The position numbers and the translations under genes were made by a program. The notes under the pieces were generated by a model that saw only the letters and a list, made by a program, of their open reading frames with translations, ran no database searches and had not been told where the DNA came from. A stretch of 64,000 nucleotides of DNA, from assembly GCA_043228905.1 (NCBI GenBank), contig JBHGNT010000003.1:21638001-21702000 (forward strand), written 5' to 3'. This DNA comes from Azolla caroliniana (Eukaryota; Plantae; Polypodiophyta). Shown in pieces: positions 9,043 to 20,300 of this stretch (its first letter is position 1; each line of letters starts with the position of its first letter).

Positions 9043-12000
9043 ATCTGTACGATAAAACCGTGTACAATAGGTAGGAAATTTTGCTTCTCCGGCAGCGGAG
9101 CATGTGCGATGGTCGGCATCGCCGGCCGAGAGAAAACAAAGACGGAGGGGAGACTTCGAGCGTGCGGAGTTCTCGGCCCTGACGAAGAAATCAACGGAGC
9201 CGTGGAGGCAGTCTCCTTCGACGACACCTTGGGAATGCTGGGGAAGGTAGTCGAAGAAGACCTTAACGAAGACCGAACGATACCGGTATGTTCCGAAGAA
9301 ATGTACGAAGTCATCGCGGACTTCGGTCGATGGCTCGAGTCGGAACGGACGGCCCGAGTTAGCACCAAGTACAAGACTGTGGACCGGAAGGTGAGGCCAG
9401 TTGCGGCGCCCTTACCGGAGGGCAGCGAATCCCGAATCAAAGGGGTTGCATCGGACCCCAGCTTACGAGATCCGGCCTGCATAGGACACACCTTCACCAA
9501 CGAGACGCTCCGCGAGCTGAAGATCGGTGGGGGCGGGTTCCTACTACCGGCGGAGGAAGACCGATTTCAGAGGATGCTCGGAAGGCACGGGAAAGCCTTC
9601 GCATTCTCACCGGAGGAAATCGGGTGCGTAGACCCGACGACCGTAGAGCCGATGGTGATATTCACGGTACCGCATGTACCGTGGAATCTCAAGCCAATTC
9701 CGGTTCCGAGAGCTCACATCCCGAAGTTGATGGCGCTGTTGAAGCAGAAAGTTGATATGGGCATTCTCGAGCCATCGAGCGCCCCGTATTCAAACCGATG
9801 GTTTACCGTGCCAAAGAAAAACGGATCATTGCGCTTCATTCAGGACTTGCAACCGGTCAATAGGGTGACCATTCGGAACGCAGGGATCGGACCGACCATA
9901 GACGAGTTCGCGGAGGCCTTCGCCGGAAGGTCGATTTACTCGGTCGGTGATCTATACTCAGGGTACGACCAGTTCCAGCTAGCCGTGGAGAGCAGAGACA
10001 TTACGACGATGCGAACTCCCCTCGGCCTAGTGCGGATGTGTACGCTGCCGCAAGGAGGGACCAACTCGGTGGCCCACATGGTGAATGCAATGAACAAGGT
10101 GCTGAGGGACTGCATCCCGGACATCACCATGCCGTTTCTAGACGACATCCCGATCAAGGGATGCCCGGTAGAAGAGAAGGACGAGACGATCGGGCCGGAC
10201 GGATGCCGGCGATTCGTGGTGACGCACATCGACGACTGCGAGAAGGTGCTGCAAAGGCTAGAGGATGCGAGGCTCACCTTCTCGGGGGAGAAGTCAGCGT
10301 TCGGGCAGTCGGAAATCATGGTGGTCGGACATTTATGTGGACCATATGGACGGAAACCGTCTCCGGCAAAGATAGAAGCCATCTCCGCGATGAAGCCTGA
10401 TTGCAGCTCGGTCACGGAAGTACGAAGATTCTTGGGAGCATGCGCCTTCTACCACATATGGATCCCGCATTACGCGCACGTCGCGGAGCCGCTGTACGGA
10501 TTATTGAAGAAAGGGCGAAGATTCGAATGGCTAGACAAGCACACGGAGTCGGTCCGGAAGCTGAAGGAGGCTCTTTCGGCAGCACCGGCGCTCCGAAAGG
10601 CCGTCTACAGGAAGGGCACCCCAGTGTACATAACGGTTGACACGAGTCCGACCGGAATCGGGTGGGTCGTCAACCAAGAAGACGGGGACGGCGATCGGTT
10701 TCCGATCCGATTCGGCGCGAAGGTCCTCAGCGAACGGCAGCGAGGATACGCCCAGGTTAAACGCGAACTCTGGGGTATCGTTTCGGCGGTGAAGGCTGAC
10801 AAGGACTAACTGATCGGGACAGAGGTAATCGTAGAGACGGATTGCATGCCGATTCTCGGCATGGTTTCCGGATGCGCGACGCCGGACCTGGCAATGCTCA
10901 GGTGGATAGCGTACATCAAGTCCCTGGACCCAGAAATACGACACATTTCCGGGAAAGACAACGCCATGGCCGACATGCTTTCAAGGGCGAGATTCGATGA
11001 CGAGGGCGGCATGGTTTCGGAGGACGAAGAGGTCGGCGTGGACTTCTTCGAGACTGCGTATGTAACAACCGACGGGACAAGCACTTCGGCGCTTAACGAC
11101 TTCGACGCGAGCAAGTACGACGGGGAGTGGCTGCAGATCGGTGGGTTTTTGAAGACAATGACGCCCGATGCGTCATGGACGAAGGACGAGGCCAACCGGA
11201 TCCGGAAGAAAGCGTACCGGTTCTTTCTCCGGGATGGCTATCTATGGAAACACCCGAAGAAGAGGGACGGCGCTCCGCCCCGGGTGGTGGCGATGAAGGA
11301 AGAACAGGAGGAGCTGCTGACGGCCTACCACGACAGCCCTTGGGCCGGACACCGTGGAACTTGGGCCACGTTCGAGAAGATAAAGGTGAAGTACTGGTGG
11401 CCGGGACTGTACCAGGACGTGCACCGATTAGTGACAACTTGCGAGAGCTGTCAGATGCACTCCGTGGTCCGACACCGGGACGAGCTTCACCCTACGTACC
11501 CTCCGACCATCCACTTCAAATGGATGGTAGATCTGGTGACGATGCCAATGGGGGTAGGACAGATGCGGTACCTGGTCCTAGCACGGGAGGATCTGACGAA
11601 CCAGGTGGAAGGCCGGGCCCTTCCGAACAAAACGACCGCGGCCGTATGTCGGTTCCTAATCGAGGACGTGATATGCCGGTACGGGTGCGTCGGGAAGATT
11701 GTGGCTGACCGAGGGGAGTTGGACGCCGAAGAAGCCGCGGAGCTGTTCGACCGGCTAGGAGTCAAGCTCTCGCTCACCACTGCGTACAATCCGGAGGCGA
11801 ATGGAAAGGTGGAGCGCGGACACAGACCGATCGTCAAGGCGCTGGTTCGAGCATGCGGAGGCCAAGTCGGAAACTGGCCGCGGCTGCTACCTTATGCTTT
11901 GTGGGCAGACCGGACCACGCACAGTTCGGTAACCGGGTACATGCCGACGGAGCTCATGTTCGGCCAGAAGCCGATCATGCCGATAGAACGGACGATCTCC

Positions 12001-12561
12001 TCGTGGGCAACGGTCGACTGGAGGGACGAGATGAGCCGGGAGGAGTTGTTGGCCGCACGTATACGACAGCTCGAGCGGAGACCGGAGGACGTGGCACTGG
12101 CTGCGGAGAAGCTCCGGGTGGCGAGGACAAAGAACAAAGCCCGGTTCGACCGAACGCGCCGGCTCCGACCGAAGAAAATCGACGAAGGTGACTGGGTGCT
12201 CGTCTACGACAGCAGCCTCGACAACCAGCACCGAGCTACACGGAAGTTCGCACGAAGGTGGTTCGGGCCTTACGTGGTGCGGAGCGCCAATGACAACGGG
12301 ACATATCACCTGGCGGAACTAGACGGCACGAGAATGGCGATACCGGTTGCAGGGAAGCGGATCAAAGCGTTCAAGAAGCGACACGACGACGAGCCAGACC
12401 CAGCTCTCCTAGTCAGCGGTGACGAAAGATCCGAAAACGAAGAAGAACCGACGGGCGAAGAAATGAAGACGGGCCGGTTTTCTCCGTCCCAGCTCTCTTG
12501 GTGCATACCGGAGGATGCACGGTTAGGTGGGGGCGGATGTCGTGAAGAAAACCGTCCATAG
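8980..12561 (+). pseudogene. pol: Pol (RT-RNase H-integrase) of Gypsy A with one in-frame stop at 10807-10809
   Basis: RT DLYSGYDQ, LPQG, FLDD; RH VDTSPTG; INT H-H-C-C, DDE, WFGPY. ORFs 9109..10809 and 10846..12561 share a frame; B has Tyr at the stop position. Confidence 0.93.
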
Positions 12562-13321
12562 GCGGAATCGGCGCACCAAGGCGTGGGAACCGGTTCTTCA
12601 CGCGCGCTCGCTCCGAGTTGTACATAGAAGCGAATTAGGAGGATAATCGGCGGGAACGGGCCCTAACACAAGTGGAGACAAAGACCGCGCGAACAGTCTT
12701 TTGGTCGCGCGCGCGAACTGTACGAGTCGGCGGCGTAACTACGCGGATGCGTGAAGAACGGAGCGGATCCCTGTCAAAAAGGGACAGGGAATAAAGCTGA
12801 CATGACGGCCTGCTCGTCGGCATATATAAGGAGCAGGAAAGAGCTGTTGCAGGGATCTCGCGCAGAGAGGACGAAGTGCTGTCGGACCGTTTCTGGACGC
12901 TTCTCTCTCTGTTTCCTTCCTTCTTGAGCTCCATAGCTTTCTGTGCAGGGTTCCGAGGAGGCTTGCGCTGTTTCGAGGAACGCCCGAGTGCTTCCGGCAG
13001 CACCTCCGACCGGCTACCCCTTGTGCGTCGAAGCGAACAGGCATCGGCATCTGTTCGCCGGCCTGTTCGGTTGTAACCAACCTGTGCCCCATCGAGGGTT
13101 GTAGTCGTGTTAGCCATAATTTTCTTAATATATATATTTAGTCATTCGCATCTGTCTGTGTCGGTGTTCGTTCGCGTTCTCCGTGCTGAAGGGCCGTGTC
13201 CCTATGTATCCCCGGTCCTGCGTAGCCGGTTCTCTCTCTTTCTCCTCCCTCACTTGCTCTTTGGTTCGAGACCCCCGCGGTCCCGCCTCGTTTCCTCACG
13301 CACTTGCGTAATAACTCGACA
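12538..13321 (+). repeat. 3' LTR of Gypsy A
   Basis: Follows PPT AGGTGGGGGCGGA; direct repeat of 6033-6816. Confidence 0.97.
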
Positions 13322-13456
13322 CCGGGTTGTAACCAGTGTACGCTCCCCATTCCCCTAACGTCTTCTCGGTGTAGAAGAAGCCTCCACGTAACACGACCCC
13401 TTGATACCTATAGCCTGTGGGCTCATCAAAGGTGTTTCCTCTAGAAACGGTTAACA

Positions 13457-15003
13457 TGTACCGCCTCATTGGTTGTTCCCGCCACCGGCACCATCTTTAG
13501 TACAAATAACGTGATATAATATAGATGACCATTGATATTTTTGTCAGGATAACTGATGTTGGGATGTTGGTGGAAATCAAGGACATGGCAAGCCAAAATT
13601 TGGTGCCGATTAGCGACATGGCTTGATGGTTGTTGTGGACATAAGAAGCAAATTATTTTTGAGCGATAAGGATGAGTGTAGATGGTGTGGGGGTTGAAGC
13701 AGATTATTATGAGCAGGAATTTGGTGGTAATCGGCGAGAGGGTTGATGTGGAATTAAGAAGCAAAATTCTTTTGAGGGATAAGGAGGAATGAAGATGGTG
13801 TGGGGTTTGAAGCATATTATCATGAGTTGGTGAGGAAAATTTTTGCACTAATTTGTTTGTTGTCTATATGTCAGGCTCCTTGATGGAATTCGGTGTCATG
13901 GGACGGAGTGAAGAAGATTTTAGGTTTCATCTTAGGGAGCGCAACATACAAGATCGTATTTTCGTTGTTGTCATGTAAGATTTTAGGTGTCATAGGGAGT
14001 GCAACAAATAGGATCGTGTTGTTGTTGTTGTCATGTAGTTATTGTCTTTATAGAGTTGATTCATGATGAGACGATGAGTGACGATGGTGTGGGGGTTGAA
14101 GCAAATATATGAGGGGATGAGGAAACATTTTATAATCGTTTTGCTATTATTTATACATTCAATTTGGTGGTAATCGGCGAGATGGTTGATGTGGACTTAA
14201 AAAGCAAATATTTTTTGAGGGATAAGGATGAGCGAAGAAGATGTGGGGGGTGAAGCATAATATTATGAGTAGGTACAGAAATTTGCTGAAAATGGACAGA
14301 TGGTGGATGTTGAAAATGAAGCAGATTTTCTATTGATGAGTGAAAATGGTGTTTGAGGGTGAACCAGATTTTTTATGAGTGTCTGAGGAGAGTGATTCAT
14401 ATTATTTTTTGATGGTGTAGGGGCTGAAACATACTTTCATGAGGGGAGAAGGAGAGCACATTGGATGTTGGTCATCGTGTCTTCCAATCTCAAGGACCTT
14501 GGTAGTAAAAGATGACACTGTTGATGGAAAATGAAGCACATTATCTATTTATGACAAGGATGAGTGATGATGGTGTCGGGGGAAGAAGCATAATTTCATG
14601 AGGGGATCCAGAGAGTAGTGTCATTATGTTTTTTGCATGTACAGGGCTTTGGTGATTTACGACGAGAGGTGGTTGATGTGGACTTTGGTGGTAATCGCCT
14701 AGATTTTGGATGGGGAAAACAAAACAGATTCTTTGTTTGATAACGATGAGTCATGAGGTTGGCAGGGGCTAAAGCATACTTCACGATGGGAGAGTGGATT
14801 CATTTTCTTTTTTGTTTTATGAGTGTTGATGTTGTGGACTTGGAAGCATTTTCTTGAGGGTCAACGAGAGTACATGCTTTGAAGCTTGCAGATTTTTAAT
14901 GATATTATCACCCTTTACAATTGTCTCTTTGAAGCATTTAACACACAACAATTCATGTCAAATGTGTTGTTGTCATTGGAAGACGTTGCTCAACTCCAGA
15001 CAT
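13457..15003. repeat. Non-coding region of degenerate short repeats
   Basis: About 8 copies of a GATGAGTG..GATGGTGTGGGGGTTGAAGCA-like motif, about 3 copies of TTTGGTGGTAATCGGCGAGAnGGTTGATGTGGA, and a ~60-bp tandem pair at 13915-14037. Confidence 0.65.
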
Positions 15004-15425
15004 TGGAATTCGTTGTTAAAGTGATCACATTACAGGATTTACAAAGCTAGTTGTTTTTGTAGGCATTTCTGTTGTGAAAGGTTGAGGGCTAATGTGGAAA
15101 AATGAAGTTCGAAAAAGCTGGATACTCAAAGATGTTGTTTATATGTTGAGTATGGTCTTCAGTACATGCGTAACCAAATGCAAACATGAAGTTTTCAAAC
15201 TACTAGCCAGGGTGGAAGTCGTTGATAAAGTGATCACATTACAGGATTTATAAAGCTAATTGTTTTTGTAGGCATTTCTGTTGTGAAAGGTTGAGGGCTA
15301 ATGTGGAAAAATGAAGTTCGAAAAAGTTGGATACTCTGAGATGTTGTTTATATGTTGAGTATGGTCTTCAGTACATGCGAAACCAAATGCGAACATGAAG
15401 TTTTCAAACTACCAGCCAGGGTGGA
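15004..15425. repeat. Tandem duplication, 2 x ~209 bp
   Basis: TGGAA.TCGTTG.TAAAGTGATCACATTACAGG begins at 15004 and again at 15213. Confidence 0.9.
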
Positions 15426-15429
15426 CAAT

Positions 15430-16488
15430 CATATGGACGGCGACAACCCGACCGAAGAATTCCAGCCTCAACGTTTCGTCCACGTCTCGCTCCTCCATTT
15501 CCGCGTTGTAGCCTTCCAAGTAAGATGGGACTTTGTCCCCATTGAAACGGCTGACTCTTTCGACCACTCGCTCAACCGCTTGTTGCGTTGCTTCTCGCCT
15601 CATCACCACTCGTGCCGACTCCAACACCACTTCGGCCACCATCGTCGCGAGGTCGTCGTCTTCCGACTCCATCCTCCCTTGCCGCCTTTCACGTCGGGTT
15701 CACCAAAGATCTCGCGTTGTTACGCGCGTGCGTGGAGAAAAGTGAGACCACGGGGGTCTTGGACTAGGGAGTGACGGAGCGTAGGAGGTCGTACTTCACC
15801 GTTTCCGGGGCATCCCAGAAGCACACCGGAAGCAACCGAAGGGAGAGAGAGAAAGAGATGGAGCGCGCGCTTGACACCGACTCACGCACACACACGCACA
15901 CACACACACACATGCCGACCCGACTCACGCCCTTATGTATAGGAAACGCAGGAAAGGGGAAGCGCCCGACACCAACAGAGACACGAATATGCATAGACAG
16001 ACGCAAATGTAAGTATTACAAGGGAAAGAATGCAACCCCGGCTTCGAGCCGGACCATGGTAGGGTAGGTTATAGCAGCAGTCTGTTGCCAAGCCGCCGTC
16101 CGGGGAGCTCTCAGGCTCGTCACGCGGAGCGGGGTCTTGCACAGGAGACCTAGCAGAGACAACCCTCAATGGTCGACTTCCCCGCCAAGAAGAAGAAGAA
16201 GAAAAGAAACTAACTCTAAACCTAACGGTATACCCTCTAACACAAAACGGGCAACCCTTTCACAAAGGGCGCTCCCTTCCTTTTATAGAACAAGGAGAGG
16301 AACGCGTTACAATGTGGGATAAATCTCGACTTACATGGGATCGTCTGTCCCGACTTGACTACTCTTCGGCGCCATAAAGGCGCCCTCGTTATTCACACTA
16401 AATGTACAAGGGTGAGCACACATGCTGCACCCCGCCGATGTAGCCAATGTTTCCCGGTTTCCGCCTCTGGCCGAAATTCTTCACGACA
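15430..16488 (-). mobile_element. N1 5' part: LTR 15710-16488, Trp PBS 15688-15705, gag-derived ORF start at 15672
   Basis: MESEDDDLATMVAEVV...VSRFNGDKVPSYLEGYNAEM is nearly identical to N2 ORF 61617..62024; the LTR is homologous to 43649-44160. Confidence 0.88.
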
Positions 16489-16700
16489 ATGTGGTTCGAG
16501 AGATGAGAATTTCTCAAATTAGAAAGAAAGAAACTCAAAGTTTTCTAGCTCGTCGCATGGACTTTTCCCATAGGTGTATTTGGTGTGACTCCTTGGAACA
16601 CCAACGTAGAGATTGCTCCGAATTCCAAAATGCCCTCCAACGAGATATCATCTATCTCTCCAACAATTGGATTCACTCCTCGGTGACACAACGCCCTCTC
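16489..16700 (+). pseudogene. gag: Gag fragment (zinc-knuckle region) of Gypsy D
   Basis: VVREMRISQ...RCIWCDSLEHQRRDC...NNWIHS; continues the gag that breaks at 44161. Confidence 0.8.
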
Positions 16701-17301
16701 AATAGTGTTGAGGATGAACATCCTCCCATCTCTGTGCCCTTGCGCAATTATCCGGCCCTCTTCCTCGATGAAGCACCCTAGGTGCGTAAACCGCACCTAC
16801 ATCCCCTGGTTGATGATTTGCCCAACTGACACCAGGTTCTTTGTGATAGTCAAAACGTGTAGTATGTTCATCAGCTTCCCCTTTTGTCCAACATGGCTTA
16901 AAGGACGTCTCTGACATGCACAATCGGGTGAGGGTTGTTGTCTCCAGTTTCGACAATCCCTGGTTGTTCCAGTTTCTCCAAAAAAGAGAACCACTCTTCA
17001 TGGCTCGTCATGTGGTTGGACGCTCCGGAATCAACGTACCATACTTCCTCCAATCCAGAAGTAGTCTTCTTCATCGGGTTAGCCTTGTGCTTCATCACGA
17101 AGCCTGGCCCTTTATCGGTTTTCCCGGTTCCGAATCCTTCCGATCCTTCCGCGTAGTGCGAGCTTTGCCAGTTCTCCCGACCGGTTTTCCCGGATCCGGA
17201 TTTGTCTGAATCGGCGTGCTTCTTCCAGCACTCGCTTTCCTTGTGGCCCTTTTTGCCACAGTACCAACATTCTGTGTCAGCCTTTCCTTGCTAGTTCTCA
17301 G

Positions 17302-20300
17302 TGTCGAATACAAGTGTATAATGGACGTATTCACACTATCCCTTTGTATAGCTCAAGTTTGGGTCATTTGTGTAATTAGCATAAATGGTAGTTGCCCTAA
17401 GTTTGTCACTATATAAAGTGACCTAGTAACCTTTTTGTAAGGTTGGTTGTATTATTGTTTCTATTGAATAGAAAGAGTCTTTTGTGCCTCCTCTCTCTCT
17501 CTCTCTCTATCTCTGTGCACGATCTTGGAAACTGTTATACGCAGGTACTCAACCCCATTCGAATGCTACTTGATCTTCCGCATTGACGGCCTTGTCTTCA
17601 ACATCTGGTATCAGAGCCTGCACAGTACTCGGTTCCTCAACCCGCTGTCGGCCGTCGTCTCAGCCTGCACAGCATTCGGTTTCCTGCGTCATTCGAAGAA
17701 AAGGAGAAGAAAGTAGGCAAACACAAGCTTGAATCTCGCTGCGTTAGATCATCACTCGGAGTAAACCAGTCGGTTGTACTCTACTTCCTTGATCGTAACT
17801 GCTTGAGGTGGGCTTCCTGCACAACGACGACTTCAAGGACAACCCCAGTTCGTGTTTCATTCGATTGGACAATAACCGGAAGGACCAGTCGGTTCCATTG
17901 CTCTCACCGTTGCAGTCAACCGAAACCGAATCGGCTTGAAGTACTGTCGGATCGTTAAATCTAGGTTCAACTCGACTAAGACAGTTGTCGGTAGTCAATC
18001 CGAACCAAATCCCCGATTCTCCGTAATCGACATCACTTGTGTCCAACTTCGGCTAGAACGACACTGAGTGGGCCAAACCGCTGCACTTCACCAAAGTTCG
18101 TAGCCGACTTAGGGCAAAGTCATGACATCAACATCCGGCTCGTCAAAAATGAGTCTACAAAAGTTCGATGGATCGAACTTCAACTTCTGGAAGGAGCAAA
18201 TGCAGGACTATCTCATAGTCAAGGGGCAAATCGATCCCATCGAAAATGAAGAACCTCCAGAAGGATACAAACCAATTGAGTGGCAGAAGCTGGACAGAAT
18301 CGTCCGCGCCACGATTCGGATGCACCTATCGGAATCGGTATACTTTACGGTGCAATCGTGTACGACAGCATTCGAACTGTGGAAAACACTGTCGGACACC
18401 TACGAAAAGAAGGTCGTTGCAACAAAGATGTTTCTGATCCGGCGCCTCTACAACTTGCGGATGAAAGAATCAGATTCGGTTCAAACACATCTCAATGAGT
18501 ACGAAAGCATAAGCTCCCAAATCTCATCTCAGGGGACGGCAATCGAGGATGAACTCAGAGCAATGATACTCATGAGCAGCCTTCCCTCATCATGGGAAAC
18601 TTTCGTCACAACCGTGTGCAACGCGTCAACCACGGCTGTTAAATACTCCGAAGTCACGAGCGCAATCCTGACCGAAGCAGCTCGGAGAAAGTCTTTCGCC
18701 AAAGACTCAACAGACGACGCTTATGTAGTACAAGGTTCGACAGAACGATCGAACATACGAGGAAGAGATTCCTCACGGCAGCCGAACAATCAGCGAAGAC
18801 GGAGCCAGTCACGGGATAATCGAATCTGCAACTATTGCAAGAAACCTGGACACATCAAAGCCGACTGCCGCGCACTCAAGAACAAGAACGACAAGTCTCA
18901 GAAATCAGACAAGAAGAGTGGCCGGCATGAGGAGATCAATTACGTCAGCTTCTCAGCTGATGTGCTACCAAACGACCCGAATATACTATCAATCGAAAAT
19001 CCAGTCGGATCAGAAGTTCTGCTCACGACTGAAGAATCGAGCACATGGCTCTTAGATTCGGGCGCGTCATTTCACGTGACTCCTCATCGATCCCAATTTC
19101 GGCAATATACGATCCGTCACTCCGACTCAGTTCGAGTCGGCAACTCGCAACACTGTGACATCATTGGAATCGGCACAGTAGAGCTCAACCTTGCAGGTGG
19201 CTCTACACTTGTACTTCACAATGTCCGACATGTACCCGAGCTCTCAAGGCCATTGATCTCAGTCGGACAACTAGACGAAGACGGCATTCGTGCCGGTTTT
19301 TCTTCGGGAGGGTGGACACTCCACAGGGGGAACCTCCTGCTTGCTAGAGGACCCAAGATACACTCACTGTATCCGTTACATGTTACGCTCAGAGAGGGTA
19401 ACCTGTTTTTGGTGGATATTCCTGTGTCATCACTATGGCACAGAAGATTAGGACACCTCAGCAAGGCCGGCATTACGCACCTATCTAGAGCCGGATACAT
19501 CCCTAAACTCTCCTTCTCGGACCATCAATTCTGCGAACATTGCCAGTATGGCAAACAAGCAGCCGCATCACACCCGACATCAGCACCAAGAGAAACGAGA
19601 CCTCTCGATTTAGTCCACTCGGACGTCTGTGGCCCAATGCCGCATCAGTCTCTCGGCGGTGCCTCTTACTTCGTCAGTTTTATTGACGATTCGACTCGAA
19701 AGGTGTGGGCTTATCCAATTCGCACCAAAGATCGTGTCTTCTCGATCTTCTCCGATTGGCTCGCTATGGTAGAAAATCAAACTGATGGAAAACTGAAATG
19801 CTTTCGGACCGACAATGGGGGAGAGTTCAAATCAGAAGAATTCGTCAAATTCTGCCGACAACGCGGCATCCGACGTGAATTTACGGCACCACACAGTCTG
19901 GAGCAAAACGGGATTGCAGAACGCATGAATCGGACAATCCAAGAACGGATAGTTTCCATGCTCCAACACTCCGGACTGTCGGATGGCTTCTGGGCAGAGG
20001 CTCTACTCACGGCAGTACACATAATCAATATGTCGCCAAGCAGACCTCTAGGACTTCAAATTCCTCAGGAACTATGGATCGGCAGTAAGCCGAATTACGA
20101 CAAGCTGAGGATCTTCGGATGCGAGGCGTACGCCCTTATTCCGAAAGATGATCGCCGAAAACTTGCACCTCGGTCCAGGAAATGCATTTTCCTTGGATAT
20201 GGATCAGACGGCGAAATGGGATACCGACTCTGGGACCCCGAACGCAGACAAATCGTTCGAAGTTCGGACGTTGTGTTCAACGAGTCGGCTATGAATCCAT

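Larger units (their letters stand above)
6033..13321 (+). mobile_element. Gypsy A: full-length non-chromovirus Ty3/Gypsy LTR retrotransposon, 4-bp TSD CCGG
   Basis: 784-bp LTRs TG...CA with about 3 differences seen; tRNA-Trp PBS; gag-PR / RT-RH-INT order; PPT 12525-12537; CCGG at 6029-6032 and 13322-13325. Confidence 0.97.
3935..13393 (-). mobile_element. T2: small LTR element with tRNA-Arg PBS and antisense ORF; its LTR is interrupted by Gypsy A
   Basis: LTR 5660-6032 + 13326-13393 (TGTTGT...CGTAACA, ~441 bp); PBS 5641-5657; 1.7-kb internal region filled by ORF-X; PPT-like tract 3935-3941. Confidence 0.75.

Noticed and set aside
10807-10809. Programmed stop read-through in pol of Gypsy A
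   Set aside because: B has Tyr at this position and the stop is mid-RNase H, so a simple nonsense mutation is more likely.
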